A stretch of 64,000 nt of DNA from Antedon mediterranea (Eukaryota > Animalia > Echinodermata), in the NCBI RefSeq assembly GCF_964355755.1, contig NC_092670.1, positions 16,106,795 through 16,170,794 on the forward strand. The letters are read 5' to 3'. Below the pieces are notes generated by a model, which saw only the letters and a program-made list of their open reading frames with translations, was not told the DNA's origin and did not search any database. Within the stretch, counting starts at the first letter, position 1, and every line of letters begins with the position of its first letter. The translations under genes were made by a program, and so were the position numbers. Shown one piece after another: positions 12,301 to 22,053 of this stretch.

Positions 12301-12772
12301 ATTTCAATAATAAATGCATTAAAAGAAGACGCATTCCACTGAGTTTTTAACCATCTGTTGTTGTTGCTCTTTTGGCGCTCCATAGAAACGAAAATATTGA
12401 ACTTCGAGTATGCTAAATTCGCGAACGGTATGCGAGAATCATGTCTGTAAAATCATCAATTTAAGGATTTATTTGTTACTTTTTATGTGATTCTTCTTCA
12501 TAAAAGTACTTATGAGGCCAAATTTTAAGGTGTGGTATTCACAATAAGTTGCTTAACAATTTCGAGTCAAAAGGAAGTCGAAATAAAAACAGGTGCGAAA
12601 CGGAACTAGCGCCAAATACACTGCATTCTAGTTTACAGATTTTGAAAACAAAAGAGTAGTATCAAGGTGTATTTTACTTACCAATGATAGGACGGTCATT
12701 TTGGCCAAAACAAGTGTTGACCAAACAAGAAAAGAGTACGATGAAATTTACCAACCCAAAAACTACAGCCAT
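6319..12772 (-). CDS. GGH: Gamma-glutamyl hydrolase paralogue B; exons 12682..12772, 11009..11171, 10820..10907, 9977..10121, [9395..9507 OR 8783..8895], 7673..7763, 7047..7190, 6319..6443
   Basis: Signal peptide [23 protein letters not shown] followed by [64 protein letters not shown] and ARKSTHKF...FLDV*. Exon phases match paralogue A. The frame is intact with either exon 5. Confidence 0.92.
6563..6753. mobile_element. MITE with TIR (TACTG)TATCTATTTCCAAAGTATCATAGGAATATTTGG; second copy at ~16408..16596
   Basis: Long inverted termini are seen directly. The internal sequence (CCCACGTGTTTCACA...AACCTTACATGATACAGG) is shared with the 16.4-kb copy. Confidence 0.7.
6831..7003. repeat. 17-bp G-rich minisatellite (GGGGTGGGGTTATACCC) x~10
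   Basis: Direct tandem units in GGH-B intron 7. They explain the repetitive ORF 6835..7116. Confidence 0.95.
7839..8000. mobile_element. High-copy Harbinger-like MITE family A (TIR AGCTCTGTCTACACTATCAAACT)
   Basis: TIR plus internal GTGTGATGTGCCCAAATATGGTAGTGATATG. Other copies are at ~8952-9092, 9156-9259, 11232-11410, 33921-34014, 49058-49178, 52491-52622, 54411-54634, 55634-55794 and 57136-57278. Most are flanked by TAA/TTA. Confidence 0.8.
8952..9259. mobile_element. Two adjacent family-A MITE copies between GGH-B exons 5a and 5b
   Basis: AAAGCTCTGTCTACACTAT... starts near 8952 and 9156, ending in GTAGACAGAGCTTA and GTAGACAAGGCTTA. Confidence 0.8.
9668..9866. mobile_element. hAT-type MITE (CAGTGG...CCACTG), older copy
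   Basis: Flanks CATATATA / CATATGTA form an 8-bp target-site duplication with one mismatch. Homologous to 50847..51052. Confidence 0.75.
10162..10505. mobile_element. TTAA-targeting MITE family B (Kolobok-like; TIR AGATGTATTGTCCCC)
   Basis: TTAA|AGATGTATTG...CAATGCATCT|TTAA. Related copies are at ~15960-16196 (partial), 17253-17468, 39109-39465 and 61897-62220. Kolobok is inferred from the TTAA target and AG..CT ends. Confidence 0.75.
11706..12613. mobile_element. Long-TIR (~250-300 bp) non-autonomous element, MULE/foldback-like, in GGH-B intron 1
   Basis: GGCGCTAGTTCCGTTTCGCACCTGT... and ...ACAGGTGCGAAACGGAACTAGCGCC are inverted termini, with a perfect 8-bp duplication AAATACAC on both sides. 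Confidence 0.85.
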
Positions 12773-14807
12773 CTTCGCAAAGTTGTCACGTTACATTGGT
12801 TGTGTAGTAGTGTATGTGATCACGGGTGCGTTCATGCGTGACTTAATAGGGGAATTCCCTCTTATCACTTGAATACATAATTCGGTCGCCAGTGAATAAT
12901 AACCAAGATTGAGAATAGGTTAAAGCCCCAACATATTCTGCACTAATAACTCCATTTAATAAACTTGTAGATGAAAATATGGAGTATGGAGATCACATCA
13001 TAAACTGACCGCTTAATAAATAATTAACACGTACCTTGATGAGATTAATAATTGAGCATGGAATGCTAATCTAGGCCTACATCTGCATTGTCATAACATA
13101 ACATAGTAAATTATGTCTTTTTTTTCCAGTGAAAAGAAATTAACTTATTCTGTTAGATCTATTAGATATTCTACATAATACTACAAAACCTATTGTATGT
13201 TTCTTGGGATAATTAAATTAGGTAACCACAAAAACAATATTTATCAGTTCATATGGGCATTTTCCTGGTTTATTTCCAGAAGTTCCCTGATTGAATTCCG
13301 TTACACCAGATGAAAAACGCATTATCGCGGCTGGTAAAAAAGCTTAATTGTATCCAATTGAAGAGATTGTAGGCCTACTAGTATTAAGATCTGGTTATTA
13401 TATCATACTTTGTTCCAATTTTACAAATAGGTTAATACATGGAATTGTCAATACAAGGTTTGCTGCAAAAGGACACATTATTTAGGCCACCCATCAGACA
13501 CCCAGATATTCCGGCATAGGTGGAACGGCAAAGATAAGTGCAACGCAAATATTTTGACCATTCACGACGCTATCGGATCCGAAATGTCGCTTGTGATTGG
13601 TCAATTCACTTGTGTTACGTGACGCCATGTTGCGTTGTAGCCTAAATGGGAACCCACTTTAAACAACTACCTTATTAATTTGAATAAGATCATTTGAATA
13701 CCCTCTATGAATGTAAAAACGAAAATGAAACGAGAATAAAAGCCAATATCAAATTGTTGTTACTTTGCAAGTTGTGACCGACATTGACGAAGGCCTACAT
13801 AGTATCAGTTGACTTACCGTGATGGTGTACTCGAGATCCACGTTTATAATGCTATACACTTTTTTTTTTTTTTTTTAACTTTTAGATTTATATAAATTGA
13901 GAATAAAAGCTACGTTATTAATTAAAATATTTAAATTATTGCATGAGGTTAACCTATCGATGGTATAGGCCTTTAACCAACGCTATACACATATTAACTA
14001 TGTCTATATACAGCGTTATTGATTGAAGGTTTGATGGCGATAAATAAAATATTGAATTATACAATTGTTGCATGTAAACCTACTACTAGGTGGGGGGGGG
14101 GGGGGGGGCGCGATGGTATAAATAGGCCAAACCAAACACTTTAAAATTACGTGCAGCTCATTGATTGAAAGTTTGATGGCGAATAAAAAACATTAAGTAA
14201 GGTGTGGTAGCCTACACATTATTTCTCAAAAAAATACTGTATATAAAGCAAAGGTTCATTGCTCCAGTTTCAACCGAAACGTCTCCAGACATCAAATTTA
14301 CTTTATTTCCTTCTTGGAAAATGCACATGGTGTACCGAAAACCTCAACATTCTATAATAAGGATTCGTGACAAAGGTTTGAGAGGACATTTTCCATCGGT
14401 AAACAACACAGGTTGACACTGCACGTCATCCACGACGCCCCACCCGTCCCAACTTCGATCCAACATTGATTTGTTCCTCCACTTTCTGGCAGACATAAAT
14501 TTTTTAATTTTTCACAGCCAAACACAAAAACAAAAACAAACACAAAAAAACCAAATTCTTAATTATTTCCTCATACACAAAATGACTATCAGCTTTATTA
14601 TCGGATGAAGTGAAAGATTAGATAAACACGCAATAGAAAAATTATTCATAATTCAAACCACATTCCCAAGAAATCTAAGCTAGACCGGAATCTATCTTGC
14701 TTATTCACCCACGGCCTACGGTATATAGCTTCTGTGATGATGGTTTTTCTGAAAAGAGATTGGCGATCTTTTAATATACGTCACCCATCTTACCAACTGG
14801 TATAATA

Positions 14808-14883
14808 TTATAAATAGAGAGCAACTTTGTCTAATCTGCTAAAACGTCTTCCGAAGCAAGCAGTGGACACACACTTTAAAAAG
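14808..14883 (+). promoter_or_regulatory. Putative TATA box and short non-coding first exon of the chitinase gene
   Basis: TATAAATA at ~14808 and a strong donor AAG|GTAAGG at 14883/14884. The acceptor before the ATG exon is ttcag at 17638. The link between them is inferred. Confidence 0.45.
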
Positions 14884-16690
14884 GTAAGGGACATTTTCAC
14901 CTTTCTTTAGAGTTCCTAATTATTCATTTTAAATTAATGAAAATGTGGTACAAATAGAAATAGAAATTATTTTTTTATTTTTAGGTGACTTTGTAGCTAC
15001 AAATATTATGGTGTTTGTAAATAACAAATACATTAATACATATAGTTATCGTTTTCTCAGTATTGTTATCTTAATATAAGGTAACAGGACAAGACGCTTT
15101 GTTTTCCTTGGTTTTGACCTTATTTTATACGGTTTTGAATTGCAACTCTCATTAGGCCTATTAGTTTGTACTTATCTTTACCGTGAAATAAAGTGTGCTG
15201 TCGCACAACGAAATGGCAAGTTGTGAATCAAACATATCGCAATCTTAGAAAGTTTAAAATATATCTATCGGTGATCATTCACATTTCAATACACAAAAGC
15301 CGTTGATCGTTTTTCTTGATAAACCAAATGGTTCTTTATTTTGTTAGTCAATAAGGAAATATTTATTTAAAAAAATCATTAGTATTTCTGTAATAAATTA
15401 CCATTCCTAACACAGTATTATAGTGTCTACATGACCATTCTAGAATAAGATGTTTTGATTTAAGAAACCATGTATAATTATTTAATTAATTAAGAACAAT
15501 CAGGAACATTTCAGAAGTGCTATTAATAGAAACTGTAATCCCATAGAATAGGAGGTATAATGAACGATCTAGAAGGATAGGAACATCTTGTATATAATTT
15601 AGGGATGTAAACTATTGTAAGGTTGTTGGATATTCGATTGTAAAAGTTATTGTGAAGCTGTTGTTTAAAGTGCTTACTGGATTGTTGAAAGTTGAAGTTG
15701 ATTGAATTTAAAGCTTTGTGTTTTAAGTAATTTAAAACTTTGTGGATTTTGTGTGTATACTTTTAGGTCACAAGGGAGTTCCTAAAGTATTTTCAACCGC
15801 ATATCGCGCGGCCTAGGCTAGCCTAGCCTAGCCTAGCCTAGCCTAGCTCAGAAACATATGTAAAGGGAGTTTGTGACAATTGCATTGACATTTAGTTTGT
15901 AATTAACAAATGCTTTTATTCCACTACAAAGAAAGTAAAATTGGTTTGAAGAATGTGTGCGAAGTGACTGTAAAAATATTGTTGAATATTCCATTTTAAT
16001 GTAAAATAGGCCTAATAATATAGGCCTTAGTTATCGACTTTGACCAAAAGTTTGATCGAAAATAATGTATTTACCTGAAAAAAATTTAATATTTTTTTTA
16101 TGGAAGTGATTAACTTTATTAAAACTACAAAATAACATATTCAAAGTCTGGTTTAATTAATCTTCATTTTTCATGTTTTTGGGGGACAATACATCTTTAA
16201 AACATCTGTTTTGTACCAATTTTTCCCTCCCACACATTTTTAGCTTTTAAACACGTAGTTACATGTTTAGCGTGTTTAAAACCTAAACGTGTTAGCTAGC
16301 TATCATGTTGTTTTCCTCCACTCATTTAGCAGTCACATGTCACTATTATGTTTAGTCAACATGTTTAGGTACGTTTTTAGCGTTGCATGCATAAAATTAT
16401 ATGATTTTACTGTATCTATATTTCCGAAGTATCGTAGTAATATTTGGTGATACAACATATCCCACGTGTTTCACAGTGTATAATCTAGTAGTAACATACC
16501 CCTTAACCTAACCTTACATGATACAGGCAACATGTTGTATCACCAAATATTCCTATGATAGCCTACTTTTGAACTAGATACAGTACCGAGAATCGGATGC
16601 CATTTTGCATAAATTCTTCAAACCAATTTTCACTTTCTTAGTATAGTGGAATATTTCAATTACAAATTATATGTAAATACGATTTCGATC

Positions 16691-16956
16691 CAAGTCGGCC
16701 CTAAACCGTCTCGGCCAAAGTCAAGTCGGCCCCAAGTCAAGTCGGCCCCAAGATAGATAGTAATTAAATCATAATAATATTAAGTAATTTTTGCGTTCCA
16801 TACTTTATTGTGGCCGAGTTGACCGATTAGTTTTTGGCCGAGTTGACGTGAGGCTGAGTTGACTTGAGGCCGAGTTGACTTGAGGCCGAGTTGACTTGGG
16901 GCCGACTTGACGTGGGGCCGACTTGACTTTGGCCGAGACGGTTTGGGGCCGACTTG
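16691..16956. mobile_element. Foldback-like element built from 15-bp GTCGGCCCCAAGTCAA subrepeats in inverted orientation
   Basis: Left arm CAAGTCGGCCCTAAACCGTCTCGGCCAAAGTCAAGTCGGCCCC; right arm ...GGGGCCGACTTGACTTTGGCCGAGACGGTTTGGGGCCGACTTG. Confidence 0.75.
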
Positions 16957-17709
16957 ACCTACACCCATATGGAGATACAGAACTGGCAAAAATCGGGTGG
17001 GATTAGTTAATAATGATATGAGGGAAATAAGAGACAATGACAAGATATACCACTAACTGGAAGATTTCTAAAAACCAATCCAGATTTCATTGGTTTTTAA
17101 CCCCAGGAAACACAACAGAAAGTAGTTGATCCCACCACTTCAACCATAAATGAGCTAAGTTCGTTCATTTCCGATTCTTCATGTTTTTAATCTTCTTAAC
17201 CTAAACTTGAAACACTTGACAATTCAATTGTCGAGTGCTAGATTGAGGTTAAAGATGTATTGCCCCCAAAAACATGAAAAATGAAGATGAATTAAATCAG
17301 ATTTTGAATAGGCCTATGTTATTTTTAACAAAGTTAATCACTTCCATAGAAAAAAAAATATTTTCACCTATAAATTGACAAAATAAATCCATTGACTGGC
17401 AGCCAAAAAAATGGCATATTCAACAAAAATGTTGTTAAAAATTATTTTTTCAGAGGGACAATACATCTTTAAGAAAAGTTTATTTTTAGCCCTTTTCTAT
17501 TCCAATCCAATATTTATACTTATTGGTTTAAAAAGTTAGACAAGGCCAAGATCAGGGAGAAGATTATCACATACGGCACTGTATTTCTCTACTTTTGGAA
17601 GTTCCGTGTATGATGTGAGCATATTGTTTGTCTTTCAGATATTGGTTTGATTAATATTAATAGTGACTACATAGGCCTACATAATATATTCAACATCTAC
17701 ACTGACGGA

Positions 17710-20700
17710 ATGATTATCATCTCATTTATAATTTCTAGCTTGATTTCTGTAGGATTTACCAAATCTTACATTCAAATTCCACTGGAAAATACAGGTTAGT
17801 TACCACAAGGGTTGTTTGATAGCCTAGGTTACCGTAAATATTGGAAAAAGTGAACCTGTTGCAATGACGAAGGATAAGATATTACTGAGTTAATACTTTT
17901 ATGAATTTCAGATACTGGGTACCGCCGCGTATGTTACCATACCAACTGGTCTCAATATCGACCTGGTATTGGTCACTTTGAACCAGCTGACATTGACACG
18001 TCACTATGTACTCATCTTATCTACTCTTTTGCGAAATGTGAGGATAACCAACTAAAGAGTTACGAATGGAACGACGAATCAACAGAATGGTCCAAAGGAA
18101 ACTTTGAGAAATTTAACGAATTAAAATTACGGAACCGTAATTTGAAGACGCTCCTAGCGGTTGGAGGCTGGAACCATGCGTCGGAAGGCTTTACGACAAT
18201 GGTCGCGTCAGATGCATCTAGGGCTGCCTTCATCAACCAGACTATTCAGTACCTTAGAAAATGGGGATTTGACGGGTTAGATTTGGATTGGGAATACCCC
18301 TGTGCTAGAGGTGGCAACCCAGAAGATAAAAAGCGGTTTACCGCATTAGTGAAGGTAATGGGATGTCTATTGGAACATTATTATAGTCACGTATAACAAT
18401 TAAGTTCCAGGTGCACGGGAGCTCCAACATTCTGTTGCTGTAATATAGATTTCATAATAATAGACACAATACTATCTGCCGTGATGTTGGGTAACCCGAT
18501 GTTTCTTGTCTTTAACTGTCAATATTGTCTATTTTTAGGAATTAAGGATAGCTTTTCATAAAGAAGTTGAACGTACGAAAGGAAAGGAAAGATTACTTCT
18601 TACGGCCGCCGTGGCAGCAGGAGAAGACAAAATAAAAGCCGGTTATGAAATCGGATTATTATCTGTGTGAGTAGAGGCCTCCTTTTTGTCAAAAGACGTA
18701 TACAGGAAAAGAATCGAGTTTCACAAAAATGGATCACGTGTCAATGAATATCATGGTAAAATTTCACTTTTTATAACCTATTTTTGTCCACAGATATTTT
18801 GATTTTATTAGTGTTATGACCTATGACCTGCACGGAAGTTGGGATACAGTAACAGGAATGCACAGTGCTTTACACAGACATCCTTCTGAAAAGGGAGGAC
18901 CTAATGCTAAGCTGAATCAGGTACAGTAGTTTTTGGCAAAGACGTGTTTAAACACATTATTATTCGTACCTTATGCTATAAGTAGACCGTTCACCATAAA
19001 GCTATATGGCCGTATAGTGGAGCAAATGCGGTAATAGAAGTAGTAGACAATGTTCATGTACTAATACACCTATACTATACAGTATACGGTATACTTTCAG
19101 GTTGTTCATTTTTACTAACTTCGATCGTTACCTTATTTAGGCAAGTGCAATAAAAATGTGGATTGATGGTGGCACACCACCGGCCAAGTTAAATCTTGGT
19201 ATTCCAACATATGGACGCACATTTAAACTGGAAGATGAATCCAATAATGGTGTTGGTGCGCCTGCTTCAGGAGGAGGTGACGCGGGTCAATTTACGCGGG
19301 AAAAGGGATTTCTGTCATACTACGAGGTAAGCAGAATTTTCATTCAGGAAGTATCGTCATCATTATAGGCCTAGTTATTGTCAAAATCAACATTGTTAAA
19401 CAATGTTTTCATTTGACGTACAATATGGTTTCTACATCATTCGTAAAGCTTGGAATTAATTAGACGCTCGCAAGGCATTAACTGCATCGCAAGTAAATTA
19501 ACCAATCATGACGCGTGGCCCATCCGAAATGCCTCTTGTGATTGGTCAACTTACTTGCGTTGTGCCTACGTCGTCCAGGTGGGAACAAATCATATGCAAT
19601 ACCTGTCATCAGAATTACATTATTGAATTTTCATTCTTAAAGATTTGCAAGAAACTTGAAGCCGGTGGAATGAAAGTTTGGGATCCTGTTCGAAAGGTAC
19701 CATACGCATACTGGGGAAACCAGTGGGTGTCGTACGATGACAAGACAAGCATTGCCCTCAAGGTAAATTAACATTATATTACAACATTTTTATTCCAGTC
19801 ATTACTGGAAACACTGAATAAAGAACGATTAAACACGTCTTTCAGAGCGTTTAGTTTGTGTAGTATAACTGACGACTGATCTCTAATAAAAAAAATTCTT
19901 GTCAATGTTAGGTTGATTGGATGAAAGCTAAAGATCTTGGTGGTGTCATGATTTGGGCTTTAGATCTGGATGACTACAACGGCAACTGCGGTGAGAAATG
20001 GCCTCTGATGAAGAAAATTAAATCACAATTAGAAACAAGTAAGTATTAGTACCTTGACATTATAGTATGCAATATATTTTGTAATGCAGTCACGTAGGTG
20101 ATGTGGCGCTGTATGTAAGGTTTATGGCCTTTGGTACATGCAACACATGTGATACTGAGATAACGAGAATTAGCTATGTTTTGTGTTTGATCATAATTAT
20201 GCTTATTATTTGTGTAATATACACCGTATACATCTTTTGTTCCAATAGACATACGTGCAGTAAACCCATCCGGAAATGAAGGTGATGTACAAACTGTTGC
20301 CATACCTACGACGCTAGCGCCTACGACAACGTTTGACAGCTTCAGTTGTCTAGGAAAACCAACTGCTGTTTATCCAAATCCCAGTGACTGTACATCATTC
20401 ATAATCTGCATCAGTGGCTCTAGGCACGACGTGCAGTGTCAAAATGCTTTTCATTGGAACGCTGTGACCAACCAGTGTGATCCACCAGCCGTAGCCAATT
20501 GTGATACTACTACAACTACCGTCCCACCTCCAACGACTGTCCCACCTCCAACGACCGTCCCACCTCCAACGACCATGACGTCATCCTCTTGTGAAGGAAT
20601 CACATCTGGACTTCGGGTATACCCGTCTGATTGTTCGAAGTTTTTCTTTTGTCATCAAGGAAGAGCGATTGACATAAACTCGTGCCCTTCTGGTAAACTC

Positions 20701-21414
20701 TTTGACCCACTGACACACCTCTGTAAAAATGCCAATGAGGTAATTTGCGAAGATTCGTCAGAAGAGGCAGTAGAAGTGGAATCTGTATGTAAAGGCATGT
20801 ATGGAGGTAGTCGAGTTCGTCATCCAACTGATTGCTCAAAGTACCACATTTGCAGAAATGGTGAGATAGACGATACGCGGTCATGCCCACCTGATATGCT
20901 GTTTAGCTCTATTCAACGATATTGCGACTGGCCTAACTTTGTTTTCTGTCGCAATTATAAGCAACAACAAGAAGAAAATAGCAAAACTACACCTCATTCA
21001 ACGACACAATTACCTCCAACAACAGAAACACAAGTTGTAAACGTAGACGAGTTCTGCTTATCACGGCAGAACGGTTACTACGCACATCCTTACGACTGTA
21101 ACGGGTACATTCGTTGCTTACGCACCAGAACATACATAAAACAATGCTCACACAACCTTCATTGGAATGAAAACGCGAATGCTTGTGATTGGCCACAGAA
21201 TACCATATGCCGATCACAGACTGCAGCGCAGGTAGAAAATGACGCGATGGTAGATACCGCTGGCGCGTTCGCATGCTCTGGTCGAGCAGACGGCAAATAT
21301 CCGGACTCTGCAGATGCACATAAATGGTATTGGTGCGTCTATGGTAAACTGCATCATATGACTTGTCCAGATAAACTTGTTTGGGATAATGATCTAAAAG
21401 TTTGCAACTGGTGA
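17710..21414 (+). CDS. GH18 chitinase with Thr/Pro linkers and five CBM14 (peritrophin-A) chitin-binding domains; exons 17710..17794, 17912..18354, 18539..18666, 18794..18920, 19141..19326, 19643..19762, 19912..20038, 20249..21414
   Basis: Hydrophobic N-terminus, RVCYHTNWSQYRPG, LCTHLIYSFA, KTLLAVGGW, intact catalytic FDGLDLDWEYP, VMTYDLHGSW, GIPTYGR, NQWVSYDD and GGVMIWALDLDD. The C-terminus has Cys repeats of the HPxDCxxYxxC...C...W...CDWP type. Confidence 0.95.
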
Positions 21415-22053
21415 ATATGAACCAGTTGAAATATACTTAATGTCATTATTTGTACATGCCGCAGGCCATATTATTAGTTATTAGGTATGTGTAAAGTTCG
21501 TTCGGTAGAATTTAAAGAAAAGTGAAAACCATCGTAGATTTATAAAATAAAACAAAGTGTGTATAGATTTATATTTTAAAAATAAAATCATTTTCTATAT
21601 TGAAAACGTTGTGATCGTCTGATTTGTTGACAGTGACCTGCGGTATGCCTATTTAAAAGTCTTAGACAGTAGCTTAATATATCTTACAGTTCGGAAATAA
21701 GCAGCTGCTGTGCACGATTTATTTTTGATGTAAGTTATGTGACTGTTTATTCTGTGGCTAAACTGTCAGCAGGCTGCAGGAACATGTTCTATGAAAATTG
21801 AAACTTTGTGACGAGATAAATCACAGTCAACAATAAAACAATTATTATTATATTATTTAGTGCTAAAAACACACACTGTTTATTTTATAATATTGGAAGT
21901 TCTTGATACTTTAAATCACCTGTGTTCAGTTAGGTAACAAACACGAACAAACAACATCAAAAAGTTTTACTCCGTAATAAAAATAGAGGGCGCAAGACAA
22001 AATCATAAAAACAATAGAGGAGAGGTACGTACGGTGGAAGTAACAAACTGAAA

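Noticed and set aside
14092-14108. Poly-G run; also (TA)n at ~58272..58298 and AT-rich duplications at ~8200-8570 and ~32126-32340
   Set aside because: Ordinary low-complexity sequence or local duplications with no further structure.
16780-17043. ORF with PKSSRP/KSTRPQV repeats
   Set aside because: Derived from the 15-bp subrepeats of the foldback element.
20600-21319. Antisense ORFs 20600..20890 and 20987..21319
   Set aside because: Shadow frames opposite the chitinase CBM14 exon, with no recognisable motifs.
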